Assembly: GCA_900316445.1 (NCBI GenBank)
Contig: ONCZ01000002.1
Location: 5,986-69,985 of the forward strand
Length of the DNA stretch: 64,000 bases
Reading direction: 5' to 3'
From: an uncultured Prevotellaceae bacterium
GTDB taxonomy: Bacteria > Bacteroidota > Bacteroidia > Bacteroidales > Bacteroidaceae
A model generated the notes under the pieces. That model was not told where the DNA came from, searched no databases, and was given only the letters and a program-made list of their open reading frames with translations. This document shows, piece after piece, positions 1-8,514 of this stretch. The first letter of the stretch is position 1. The number at the start of each line of letters is the position of its first letter. The position numbers and the translations under genes were made by a program.

Positions 1-251
1 CGCTGCGCCCTCACCCCACGATGCCACGCATCTTCCAGGAGGCGGCCTATCTCTTTGCCGACATGCAGAACAAGGACGTCAGGAGCCTGCCCTTCGACCA
101 GGGCGTGATACGAAGCTATGAGGCCTTCATGCAACAGCTGCAGCGTTACGACGGAGCGACGCTGGTACAGGCGAAGACAGTCCTCTATCCCTATTTCGGG
201 AATACTTATTTCTATGAGTATTTCTTCCTAAAGGACATTACGTATATGTAA
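1..251 (+). CDS. 3' end of an upstream gene (hypothetical, partial)
   Basis: The frame is open from the window edge to the stop at 249-251. The tail is aromatic-rich (YPYFGNTYFYEYFFLKDITYM). No motif recognised. Confidence 0.3.
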   Translation, partial: LRPHPTMPRIFQEAAYLFADMQNKDVRSLPFDQGVIRSYEAFMQQLQRYDGATLVQAKTVLYPYFGNTYFYEYFFLKDITYM

Positions 252-289
252 TTGAGAATTGAAAATTGAGAGTTGAGAATTATGATTAC
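250..289 (+). repeat. AATTGAG heptamer array ending in AATTATGATTAC
   Basis: Reads aattgag aattgaa aattgag agttgag aattatgattac. The last 17 nt (273-289) are identical to 63034-63050. The array runs into the ATG at 282. Confidence 0.9.
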
Positions 290-1841
290 TAAGATAAACG
301 TAGAAAAGTGGCTGAGGGCAAGAGGACGATCGGTACTCACCATCGTCTTCTCTTACCTCTTACCTCTGACATCTTACCTCTTATTGACCGCCTGCGGCAG
401 TGGGATTCCGACGGAGTATCAGGAGGTGAATAAGCTGCCGGAGATTTATCCTGATTATACCAATGTCACCGTGCCCATCAATATTGCGCCGCTGACGTTT
501 GAGATGGAAAAGAAGAACACGGAGATGGCCGTGCGCTTCAAGGCCGGAGACGAGGAGGTGGTCTGCAACGGCACGAAGGCACAGCCCTCGTTCGATGAGT
601 GGCAGGCACTGAAGGAGAAGGCTAAGGGAAAGGCCATCAACGTGGAGGTGTTTGCGGAGAACGACGGCCAGTGGATGCGCTATAAGCCCTTCTCCATCTA
701 TGTTTCCAACGACTCGATTGACCCCTACATCAGCTACCGTCTCATCTCGCCGTCATATGTGTCATACGAGGAACTGACCATCAACCAGCGCTGTCTGGAG
801 AACTACGACGAGAGCATCATCTACAACAACATGCTCTGTACGACAGCGACGGAGGGACAGTGCATCAACTGTCACAACTACCAGCAGTACAATCCGCAGC
901 GCATGCAGTTCCATGCCCGTGAGAACCTGGGGGGCACCGTCATAGCCTACGACGGTCAGATACGGAAGATCAACATGAGAAACGACTCGTTGCTCTCCGC
1001 CGGTGTCTATCCTGCCTGGCACCCCACCCTGCCCGTCATCGTTTATTCCACAAACAAGACGCAACAGACCTTCCACATCACCGATCCCAATAAGATCGAG
1101 GTGTTCGACACCCAGAGCGACCTCATCGCCTACGACGTGGTGAAGAACGAGGTCACGAACATCGAGAAGGATTCCACGGAGTTCGAGGTGTTCCCCTTCT
1201 GGGCACCCGACGGTAAGGCACTCTACTATTGCAGTGCCCACTTTGAATACAACGACACGACTGACCATGGACGAGAGGCTATGGTCCGGACTTATGAGGT
1301 GAAATACAATCTCTATAAGAAAGCCTTCGACATGGAGACGATGACCTTCGGTCCACGGGAACTGGTGTTCGATGCGGCAGCCATCAACAAGAGTGCCACC
1401 CTGCCACGCATCTCACCCGACGGACGGTTCCTGATGTTCACCCTGGCAGAATACGGTGTGTTCCACATCTGGCACCACGATGCAGACCTCTGGCTCCTGG
1501 ATCTCGCCACAGGCCAGGCACGATCGGTGAAGGAGATCAATTCCAACGATACGGAGAGTTACCACGCATGGTCTTCCAATGGCCGTTGGGTGGTGTTCAG
1601 CAGTCGTCGCTATGACGGCAACTACACCCGTCCTTTCATCGCCCATATCGATGCCCATGGACGAGCCACCAAACCCTTCGAACTGCCTTGTGCCGATCCG
1701 GACTACCACCGTCAGTTCATGAAGTGCTACAACATCCCCGAGTTCATGCGCGGTCCTGTCACCATCCGTCCTCAGGACTTTGCTGACGTGCTTCATCGCG
1801 ACGGAGAGCCCGTCAAGTATGTGCAACACCTGAACAAATAA
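282..1841 (+). CDS. Lipoprotein with a CxxCH heme-binding motif and a PD40/TolB-like beta-propeller
   Basis: Lipobox LLLTAC|GSG. CINCH motif. PD40-like repeats (WAPDGKALYY, ISPDGRFLMF, WSSNGRWVVFSSRR). ATG at 282 is preferred over the TTG at 273. Confidence 0.7.
   Translation: MITKINVEKWLRARGRSVLTIVFSYLLPLTSYLLLTACGSGIPTEYQEVNKLPEIYPDYTNVTVPINIAPLTFEMEKKNTEMAVRFKAGDEEVVCNGTKAQPSFDEWQALKEKAKGKAINVEVFAENDGQWMRYKPFSIYVSNDSIDPYISYRLISPSYVSYEELTINQRCLENYDESIIYNNMLCTTATEGQCINCHNYQQYNPQRMQFHARENLGGTVIAYDGQIRKINMRNDSLLSAGVYPAWHPTLPVIVYSTNKTQQTFHITDPNKIEVFDTQSDLIAYDVVKNEVTNIEKDSTEFEVFPFWAPDGKALYYCSAHFEYNDTTDHGREAMVRTYEVKYNLYKKAFDMETMTFGPRELVFDAAAINKSATLPRISPDGRFLMFTLAEYGVFHIWHHDADLWLLDLATGQARSVKEINSNDTESYHAWSSNGRWVVFSSRRYDGNYTRPFIAHIDAHGRATKPFELPCADPDYHRQFMKCYNIPEFMRGPVTIRPQDFADVLHRDGEPVKYVQHLNK
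351..385 (+). repeat. TCTTACC heptamer x5 inside the signal-peptide coding region
   Basis: Reads tcttacc tcttacc tctgaca tcttacc tcttatt. It encodes SYLLPLTSYLLL of the lipoprotein signal peptide. Confidence 0.85.
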
Positions 1842-1846
1842 CTATT

Positions 1847-2491
1847 ATGAGAAAAGAAGAAAGATATGCGAGGGTTCTCGCCTATTTCCGGGAGCAGATG
1901 CCGGAGGTGAACACCGAACTGGAGTTCGGCAGTGTGTTCCAGTTGTTGGTGGCCGTGATATTGAGTGCCCAGTGTACCGACAAACGGGTTAATCAGGTGA
2001 CGCCCGAACTGTTTCGCCACTATCCTGATGCCCGTTCGATGGCTCAGGCAGAGCCCGAGGATCTGTTGGTCTATATCAGCAGCGTGTCGTATCCCAATGC
2101 GAAGGCAGACCACCTTGTGAAGATGGCCCGTCTGTTGGTGGAGCGGCATCATGGTGAGGTGCCTTCAGACATGAACCTGCTTCTCGATCTCCCTGGTGTA
2201 GGTCGGAAGACGGCGAATGTCATCCAGAGCGTTGCCTTCGGGAAGCCCACCCTCGCTGTGGATACGCATGTCTATCGCGTGGCACATCGCTTAGGATTGG
2301 TCCCACAGCGTGCCAACACCCCCTATAAAGTGGAAATGGAACTGACGAAGTGTATCCCGGCTGAGGATATTCCCCGCGCCCACCACTGGCTCCTGTTGCA
2401 TGGCCGTTATGTATGTACATCAAGAAAGCCACACTGTGAAAAGTGTGGCCTCTCTAATGTTTGTTGTTGTTACCCTGTCCCCAATTCCTGA
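1847..2491 (+). CDS. nth: Endonuclease III (DNA glycosylase/AP lyase)
   Basis: HhH-GPD motif LPGVGRKTANV. C-terminal 4Fe-4S cluster cysteines CTSRKPHCEKCGLSNVC. Length 214 aa. Confidence 0.92.
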   Translation: MRKEERYARVLAYFREQMPEVNTELEFGSVFQLLVAVILSAQCTDKRVNQVTPELFRHYPDARSMAQAEPEDLLVYISSVSYPNAKADHLVKMARLLVERHHGEVPSDMNLLLDLPGVGRKTANVIQSVAFGKPTLAVDTHVYRVAHRLGLVPQRANTPYKVEMELTKCIPAEDIPRAHHWLLLHGRYVCTSRKPHCEKCGLSNVCCCYPVPNS

Positions 2492-2888
2492 ATGCCCGAC
2501 GGTGGAACCGTTCCTCGGCAATCAAAACATCAAATACCTTAGATGGACTAATCACACTGAAAAACTTCTGATGATAGAGCTGTTGGATCTTCTTCTGTTC
2601 CAACTCATTGGCGTCACGCCTCTCCACGAGCTTGCGACAGCTGGCATCATCGACAGGCTTGACAAAGCCTTCCTTCCTCACCTTCTCGAAGATGGCACGC
2701 TGTTTCTGCTGCATCTCCCTGAACAGGGGGAAGAACTTGGCTGCCTCCTCAGGGGTCAGATTGGCCTCCTTCGTGATAAACTGCTCCATCTCTGCCTGGA
2801 ACTTCTCCGGAGAGAACTTCCTGGTTTCCTGAGCCATTAACGGTGAAACGGTGAAAAGGTGAAAGAGTGAAAGCCACAAGGCCTTCAT
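2454..2888 (-). CDS. Periplasmic Spy/CpxP-like helical protein, third gene of the ECF sigma operon
   Basis: Signal peptide MKALWLSLFHLFTVSPLMA|QE when started at the internal ATG at 2888. Helical K/E/Q-rich repeat (LTPEEAAKFFPLFREMQQKQRAIF). Sits downstream of sigma/anti-sigma. Confidence 0.55.
   Translation of the reverse strand: MKALWLSLFHLFTVSPLMAQETRKFSPEKFQAEMEQFITKEANLTPEEAAKFFPLFREMQQKQRAIFEKVRKEGFVKPVDDASCRKLVERRDANELEQKKIQQLYHQKFFSVISPSKVFDVLIAEERFHRRAFRNWGQGNNNKH
2842..2873. repeat. GGTGAAAN octamer x4 inside the signal-peptide coding region
   Basis: Reads ggtgaaac ggtgaaaa ggtgaaag agtgaaag. On the minus strand it encodes LSLFHLFTVSP. Confidence 0.85.
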
Positions 2889-2942
2889 CCAGACACTTTT
2901 TACCTGACACCTTATCATACGATATCTCTTCATCACTCTTCC

Positions 2943-2977
2943 CTCTTAATTCTTAACTCTTAATTCTTAATTCTTAA
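2943..2977. repeat. TTCTTAA heptamer x5 (TTAAGAA on the minus strand)
   Basis: Reads ctcttaa ttcttaa ctcttaa ttcttaa ttcttaa. Intergenic, between the anti-sigma stop and the next gene start. One base away from the AATTGAG family. Confidence 0.9.
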
Positions 2978-2978
2978 T

Positions 2979-3371
2979 TTAGTACTCAGATGCCAGACAG
3001 GCATAGATATCCTGATTGTCGAGCATCATATAGTCGGCAGCTTCATCGAAGAAGGCATCGTCAGGCTGACTCTGCTGAATGACTTCTGCCACATGTCCCT
3101 GGTTCTGCTGCGACTCACCGGGAATCACCAGCCAGGCAGCGGTAGACACAAACAGCGCACAGACGGCTGCTGCAGCCCACCACACGGGACGCATCCATAC
3201 CCTCCGAGCCTTAGGACGACGGTCGGGAATCTGTTCCATCACCTTCGTTGTCAACTGCTCGAAATAGCCCTCAGGCACCGTAAAAGGATTCCTGCGGCCA
3301 AGCTTGTCTGATATGTACTTTTCTTCTTCCATCGAATGTTTGACGTATAAGTATTCAATTGGTTTAATCAC
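2979..3371 (-). CDS. Anti-sigma factor (single-pass membrane protein)
   Basis: Overlaps the sigma gene by 8 nt. One TM segment (VWWAAAAVCALFVSTAAWLVI). Small size, typical partner position. Confidence 0.6.
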   Translation of the reverse strand: MIKPIEYLYVKHSMEEEKYISDKLGRRNPFTVPEGYFEQLTTKVMEQIPDRRPKARRVWMRPVWWAAAAVCALFVSTAAWLVIPGESQQNQGHVAEVIQQSQPDDAFFDEAADYMMLDNQDIYACLASEY

Positions 3372-3903
3372 GTAGCTTAAAAAATTCAGAGATTTTCTTC
3401 ACGGCGATGTGATAGGAGGCTTTCAGCGACCCTTCCGTAGTACCCAACATCAGACTGATGTCGCTGTATTTCAGTTCATCAAAATAGCGCAATTGGAACA
3501 CAGTACGCTGAACGTCAGGCAGTTGTGCGATAGCCTCCTGCAACAGTGCCTCGGTTTCCGTACCGTCGAAATAGGGGTCTGCCAATAAAGAGCTGGCCAC
3601 CGAATATTCATCCTCGCTAACGGTCATTCGCCGTTTGTTTTTGCGCAGCAGATCGAGCGCCTCGTTGATGGCGATGCGTGAGAGCCAGGTGAACGCCTTC
3701 GAATCGCCTCCGAAAGTATCGAGGGCGTTCCAGGCCTTCAGGAAAGCGTTCTGCACCACATCGTCGGCATCATCATGGGTGAGCACGATCTTTCGGACCT
3801 GCCAGTAGAGCTGTTCACCATACTGACGCACAGCAGCCTCGAAGCCCTGACGTTGGGTCTCGGGGTTCAAAAGCATCTGTGTGATCTGCTGGTCGTCCAT
3901 CAC
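3364..3903 (-). CDS. ECF-type RNA polymerase sigma-70 factor
   Basis: Region 2 (DADDVVQNAFLKAWN) and region 4 (QRTVFQLRYFDELKYSDISLMLGTTEGSLKASYHIAVKKI). Confidence 0.92.
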   Translation of the reverse strand: MMDDQQITQMLLNPETQRQGFEAAVRQYGEQLYWQVRKIVLTHDDADDVVQNAFLKAWNALDTFGGDSKAFTWLSRIAINEALDLLRKNKRRMTVSEDEYSVASSLLADPYFDGTETEALLQEAIAQLPDVQRTVFQLRYFDELKYSDISLMLGTTEGSLKASYHIAVKKISEFFKLRD

Positions 3904-3910
3904 CTATAAA

Positions 3911-5509
3911 CTATAAACTGTCAACTATATATTCCCCCATCTTCCTACGGATGACCTTGTCATAACCATAGAGGTCCGGATAGTATTTGACCTCTCCCGT
4001 TTCCGGATCTGGATAGGCAGTATAATAAATAATGTACACGGGCACGCGCGGAATAATATCCCGATAAGTGATGACCTTGAGTGGCTTGGGGTCCTCTTCA
4101 TGCTCCTCCATATACTCGAGGCCTCTATCGGTCTCCGGCTTCAAATCCATGGCGATACGGATCTTGTCGATGGTCCACTCGTCAGCACCCTGCAACAGGA
4201 AACGAGCCAGGTCGAAGGGTCTCTGCACCCTCACACAACCATGTGAGAGCGTCCGTCTTTCGCGGTTGAAGGCCCCTCTGTTGTTCGTGTCATGCAGATA
4301 CACACCGAAGTTGTTGGCGAAGCGGAACACGATACGTCCGAGGGAGTTGCCTGCCCCACCCCTCTGGCCCACACGCAGACCACCTTCCATCAGCTGACTC
4401 TTCGTCACCTTCTTTGGGTCAAGGGTATCACCCTTCGCACGGTCTATGATATAATAGCGGTTTCTGGCAAAGTAGGCAGAGTCCCCGCCATGGGCAGACA
4501 CTTCTCCCTTCACGATTGACGGGGGGATGATCCATTCGGGATTCACCTGCATATAGGAGATCTCACTGTTCAGCAACGGTGTCTTCGTCGGTATCGCCCC
4601 ACAACAGATCTTCATGGGCATCACACTGTCAGGACAGATGGCCCACAACTGTTGGGCGGGGATGTTCACCACCACCTGATGGGTTCTGCCATCCGGTCTG
4701 ACGATCTGCCAGCGACAGCGTTCCAGGTTCGCGATGAGCGTCTCTCGTTTGGCACTGTCAGTGGTCTGTTCCAATTGTTTCACAAATGTCTGATAGAGGC
4801 TGTTGGTAGGGACTGAGGTCTGCAGATAGGTCATTCTGTCGGGCGACTTCAGCTTCTGTAGGGGTTCCTCATAGTCTGGGGTCTTCACCTCGTAGTCGAA
4901 GAGTCTGGCATAGCCCGTGCCGTCAGTCTTATAATCCATGTGGTTAAACACCTGGTCTGGCCGCATAAACCCATAGCGCTGTCCGACGGTATATCTGACA
5001 TACGCCTTCGTCAGATGGTATTCCAGTCTGGGAAGCACCTCGTTGATGCTCTGTCCCAGGGAGTCAAAACTGAGCTGATGCACCATCTCAAGGTCTGATG
5101 CAATCTCTGGCAGGAAGAACGCCTTCGGATCCAGTCCCTGTCTCGGCAGTTCTCTTTGCAACTGTGCCAACAGGGTGTCTGCCTGATCCGTCACCCCTGC
5201 CCTATTATACCAGAGAGGCTCAAATATCCGTCCTGTCTGCAGTTGTTTTACAGCTGTCTGATAATACGCCTTTGTCTTTTTGTCTGCCTCCCACTTCGAC
5301 GTGTCGGCATCTAAAAGATGCGTCAGATACTTCCCTTGTTCGGTGGTATCCAACGCATGTACGAATGTTCCAAAGGCGGAAGAGTCGGCCTCGTCATACT
5401 CACGGTTTCCGTTCACACAGGAAGCCAGGAGCATGAGGCCCGTCGCAAGTCCTGTGATTAACGGACGTAGACCCTGCGGACGACCTTGCCTACCTTGACG
5501 ATGTAGCAA
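3911..5509 (-). CDS. L,D-transpeptidase family (YkuD) lipoprotein
   Basis: Catalytic motif YLHDTN...LSHGCVRV. Lipobox LLASC. The start is uncertain because the ORF overlaps the upstream gene by 52 nt. Confidence 0.8.
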   Translation of the reverse strand: MLHRQGRQGRPQGLRPLITGLATGLMLLASCVNGNREYDEADSSAFGTFVHALDTTEQGKYLTHLLDADTSKWEADKKTKAYYQTAVKQLQTGRIFEPLWYNRAGVTDQADTLLAQLQRELPRQGLDPKAFFLPEIASDLEMVHQLSFDSLGQSINEVLPRLEYHLTKAYVRYTVGQRYGFMRPDQVFNHMDYKTDGTGYARLFDYEVKTPDYEEPLQKLKSPDRMTYLQTSVPTNSLYQTFVKQLEQTTDSAKRETLIANLERCRWQIVRPDGRTHQVVVNIPAQQLWAICPDSVMPMKICCGAIPTKTPLLNSEISYMQVNPEWIIPPSIVKGEVSAHGGDSAYFARNRYYIIDRAKGDTLDPKKVTKSQLMEGGLRVGQRGGAGNSLGRIVFRFANNFGVYLHDTNNRGAFNRERRTLSHGCVRVQRPFDLARFLLQGADEWTIDKIRIAMDLKPETDRGLEYMEEHEEDPKPLKVITYRDIIPRVPVYIIYYTAYPDPETGEVKYYPDLYGYDKVIRRKMGEYIVDSL

Positions 5510-5781
5510 CCCTTCGGGATATTAAGTTCGATCTTCTGTTCCGGACTGTCTATCCGCTTGTGCAGCACGACATTGCCGGTGACGGTGACGATTTGCAGCA
5601 CCAGGCCATCTGCCCCTGTAATGGTCAGCGTGCCCTCACTGTAAACCACGTCCACCTCCTGCTCGTCCGTCAGTTCCATGACCCCGGCGAAATACGCTGG
5701 AGCAGCACTGGCGGTCACAGGTACCAGCCAGAGGGCAGCCACGGAGAAGGTAAGAATGAGTAAACGTTTAATCATACGCAT
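5458..5781 (-). CDS. Small secreted protein consisting essentially of a T9SS-type C-terminal sorting domain
   Basis: Signal peptide MRMIKRLLILTFSVAALWLVPVTASA. The tail ...KGCYIVKVGKVVRRVYVR resembles Por/T9SS CTDs. Confidence 0.5.
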   Translation of the reverse strand: MRMIKRLLILTFSVAALWLVPVTASAAPAYFAGVMELTDEQEVDVVYSEGTLTITGADGLVLQIVTVTGNVVLHKRIDSPEQKIELNIPKGCYIVKVGKVVRRVYVR

Positions 5782-5798
5782 GCATATATAGTTTGGTG

Positions 5799-5806
5799 CA
5801 AAGTTA
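5799..5806 (-). promoter_or_regulatory. Bacteroidota -7 box (TAACTTTG on the minus strand)
   Basis: caaagtta lies 18 nt upstream of the ATG at 5781. Confidence 0.5.
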
Positions 5807-5874
5807 GCATTTTTCTTTGAAACCACAAAACTTTTTCGACGGAAAATGCAATTTTTACCTAAAAAGGAGTATTT

Positions 5875-6789
5875 TTACACGTCAATGATATCCATTTCGT
5901 TCGTCAGACGGGTGTTTTCAAACACGGCCTTCGCCTCTTCCAGCAACACGTTCTCGTCGTTATAGCGCGAACTGTAATGGCCCAGCAACAACTGTCCCAC
6001 ACCTGCTTCCTTAGCCACCATCGCAGCCTGTCGGGCAGTAGAGTGACAGTATTTCTCAGCCGATTGGATCTTGTCCTCGCCATAGGTGCTCTCGTGGTAC
6101 AGGGTACTCACACCCTTTATCCGTTCATACAAGGTGGGGATATAACGGGTGTCACTGCAATAGGCGTAGCTTCTGGGCGCATCGGCAGGTTCCACCAGTC
6201 GCTCGTTGGGAATCACATCACCGTCCTCTGTGGTCCAGTCTGCCCCCATCTTGATGTTGTTGATCTGACTGCGTGGCACCCCGTAGGCCTTCAGCATCTC
6301 CGGTCGGATATGGGGCAACAGGGCCTTCTCACGGATGAGATAGCCACAGGTAGGCATACGGTGCTCCAGGGGAATGGTCTCCACGGTGATGCTGTTGTCC
6401 TCATAGACGATGGCCTGCTTGGAGGTATCCACAGGATGGAACGCTACCTCATAACCCAGGTCATGGGTGAAGAAGGCAATCTGGTCGTTCAACATGGGTC
6501 CCAGCGCCTCCGGGGCATGGATATGGAGGGGAGCCGTACGACCTAACAGTCCGAAGGTGGAGATCATCCCGATCAGACCGAAACAGTGGTCGCCATGCAG
6601 ATGCGAGATGAACACCCGACTGAGTTTCGCGAAGTGCAGATGACACTTCCGCATCTGCGTCTGGGTTCCCTCCGCACAGTCGAGCATCAACAGCCTGTCC
6701 CTCACCTCCACCAGTTGTGAGGAGCCATTGTGACGAAGGGTGGGAAGCGCACTTCCACACCCTAAGATATGTACCCTGAAAGGTTCCAC
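5875..6789 (-). CDS. rnz: Ribonuclease Z (tRNA 3' processing)
   Basis: Metallo-beta-lactamase motif HLHGDHCFG. Length 304 aa. Overall RNase Z pattern. Confidence 0.9.
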   Translation of the reverse strand: MEPFRVHILGCGSALPTLRHNGSSQLVEVRDRLLMLDCAEGTQTQMRKCHLHFAKLSRVFISHLHGDHCFGLIGMISTFGLLGRTAPLHIHAPEALGPMLNDQIAFFTHDLGYEVAFHPVDTSKQAIVYEDNSITVETIPLEHRMPTCGYLIREKALLPHIRPEMLKAYGVPRSQINNIKMGADWTTEDGDVIPNERLVEPADAPRSYAYCSDTRYIPTLYERIKGVSTLYHESTYGEDKIQSAEKYCHSTARQAAMVAKEAGVGQLLLGHYSSRYNDENVLLEEAKAVFENTRLTNEMDIIDV

Positions 6790-6794
6790 GACGT

Positions 6795-7484
6795 TTAGAT
6801 CTTATTGAACTCGTCGCCGGTATCTTCCAGTTCCAGTCCGTGGAGGTCCACCTTGGGCTTCGGCTTCCAGCGGCTGTACTCGAAGGTCTCTGTCTCGTCA
6901 CGGGGCTTGCCCAGTGTCTTGAATGCCAGCGTGTCGGCACCGAGGGTGAGGATCTCGTAGCGGTTCAACTCTTCCTCATCACCGCCACCCTCACGCATGA
7001 GTTCGATCTCCAGTTCACCGTTGAAGATCTTCCAGGTGCGATAGACGATCACCGACTGGTCGATGCTCTCTGCCACACCACCCTCTTTGATGCGGATGCC
7101 GATCTCAGCACTGCCGTCGATGGGGTCTGGCATCACCCAATCACCCATGAGCGTGTTCAGGTTGATCACGAGCAGGGCGTTCTTCTTGAGCGAGTCAGCC
7201 AGCACGGCCACACGGTCTGCCACCTGGAGACCACCCAGCACCTTGCCGGCCTCCTGGGCCTTGGTCAGACTCAGCGACAGGGTGTCACCGTTGTCGGTCG
7301 TCAACTCCAACGTGTTCATGGCCGTTCCATCCGTACACACGCCATAGATGGTCTGGTCTCTGAACATGGAAACATCGGTCTTCTCGGTTTCCTCTGTTTC
7401 CTCAACCTGTGTCTGTTGTTTACCACCACAGCTGCCCAATACCATTGCCGCAGCCGCCATCAACAAAAATCCTGTTTTCTTCAT
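6795..7484 (-). CDS. Lipoprotein, function unknown
   Basis: Lipobox MVLGSC|GGK. Acidic mature protein. Confidence 0.55.
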   Translation of the reverse strand: MKKTGFLLMAAAAMVLGSCGGKQQTQVEETEETEKTDVSMFRDQTIYGVCTDGTAMNTLELTTDNGDTLSLSLTKAQEAGKVLGGLQVADRVAVLADSLKKNALLVINLNTLMGDWVMPDPIDGSAEIGIRIKEGGVAESIDQSVIVYRTWKIFNGELEIELMREGGGDEEELNRYEILTLGADTLAFKTLGKPRDETETFEYSRWKPKPKVDLHGLELEDTGDEFNKI

Positions 7485-7511
7485 ATCAATTCGTTATATT
7501 TGTTGTCTTAA

Positions 7512-7538
7512 AAATCCGTTTAATCCGTGAAATCCGTT
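7512..7538. repeat. 3 x 9-nt tandem repeat (AAATCCGTT TAATCCGTG AAATCCGTT)
   Basis: Read directly. Flanked by the 10-nt direct repeat GTTGTCTTAA (7502-7511 and 7536-7545). Same pattern as 62540-62566 and as 63889-63914 read on the minus strand. Confidence 0.85.
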
Positions 7539-7549
7539 GTCTTAATAAA

Positions 7550-8404
7550 CTATCTTTTTGTCTTTGCCTCCTGCCACAGCTCCTCCATTTCCTCGAGTGT
7601 CATCTCCGTCAGAGGCTTCCCTACCCTGATGCTGTGTTCCTCGATATAATTAAACCGTTCGATAAACTTCCGGTTCGTCATCTCCAGCGCATTATCAGGG
7701 TTCAGTTTATACAGTCTCGCAGCATTGATGACGGCGAAGAGGAAATCTCCCAACTCCTCCGTCGAACGCTCCTTGTCATCCTTGTTCAGTTCAGCCTCCA
7801 GCTCGTCCAGTTCCTCACGCACCTTCTGCCACACGTCCTCACGTTTCTCCCAGTCGAAGCCCACGTTCCTGGCTTTGTCCTGAATTCGGTACGCCTTGAT
7901 GACACTGGGCAGCGCAGCTGGCACACCCGACAGTACCCTTTCATTCCCGTCCTTCTCCTTCAGCTTGATCTGCTCCCAGTTCTGCAGCACCTGTGTGACG
8001 GTGGTGACCTTTTCCCCGTTGGCAACGGGGGAAAGATCATCGGGTACGTATGGCAGCGGCTTGGGGTCCTCGGCATCAATCTGCGACGGATGATACACAT
8101 GCGGATGCCTGGTGATCATCTTCTTCGTCAGGGCGTCACACACGTCCGCCATGTCAAACTGTTCCTGTTCCTCTGCGATCTTCGCATAGAAACAAATGTG
8201 CAGCAGCACGTCACCCAACTCCTTGCAGATGTCGTGGATATCGTTCTTGATCAGGGCGTCGCAGAGCTCGTAGGTCTCTTCGATCGTATTGGGCCTCAGA
8301 CTCTCGTTCGTCTGTTTCTTGTCCCACGGACAGTTCGCCCTCAACGCGTCGAGCACGTCCAGAAAACGACCGAAAGCCTTCATTTTTTCCTCTTTTGTAT
8401 GCAT
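7550..8404 (-). CDS. mazG: Nucleoside triphosphate pyrophosphohydrolase MazG
   Basis: Two MazG EExxE-type domains (IEETYELCDAL; STEELGDFLFAVIN). Confidence 0.9.
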   Translation of the reverse strand: MHTKEEKMKAFGRFLDVLDALRANCPWDKKQTNESLRPNTIEETYELCDALIKNDIHDICKELGDVLLHICFYAKIAEEQEQFDMADVCDALTKKMITRHPHVYHPSQIDAEDPKPLPYVPDDLSPVANGEKVTTVTQVLQNWEQIKLKEKDGNERVLSGVPAALPSVIKAYRIQDKARNVGFDWEKREDVWQKVREELDELEAELNKDDKERSTEELGDFLFAVINAARLYKLNPDNALEMTNRKFIERFNYIEEHSIRVGKPLTEMTLEEMEELWQEAKTKR

Positions 8405-8423
8405 AATACATTAATAATTGGGG

Positions 8424-8431
8424 CAAAGATA
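8424..8431 (-). promoter_or_regulatory. -7 box (TATCTTTG on the minus strand) for mazG
   Basis: caaagata lies 20 nt upstream of the ATG at 8404. Confidence 0.5.
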
Positions 8432-8437
8432 CAAAAT

Positions 8438-8466
8438 AATTGAGAATTGAGAATTGAAAATTAGAA
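8438..8466 (+). repeat. AATTGAG heptamer array
   Basis: Reads aattgag aattgag aattgaa aattaga. Lies in the divergent mazG/valS intergenic region, just upstream of the valS -7 box. Confidence 0.9.
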
Positions 8467-8474
8467 TTTTTATG

Positions 8475-8482
8475 TAATTTTG
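8475..8482 (+). promoter_or_regulatory. -7 box TAATTTTG for valS
   Basis: Matches TAnnTTTG, 33 nt upstream of the ATG at 8515. Confidence 0.5.
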
Positions 8483-8514
8483 CACCGATTTTTGAAAATA
8501 ATTAAACATAAAGC

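Noticed and set aside
7409-8443. Long plus-strand ORF (344 aa). Similar long antisense ORFs occur at 6840-7511, 5977-6546, 45171-45821, 47697-48392, 56237-57007 and 63034-63921.
   Set aside because: Each lies antisense to a CDS with clear family motifs (mazG, rnz, LRR, VirE, PP2C, CorC). The translations are low-complexity with no motifs. They are shadow ORFs.
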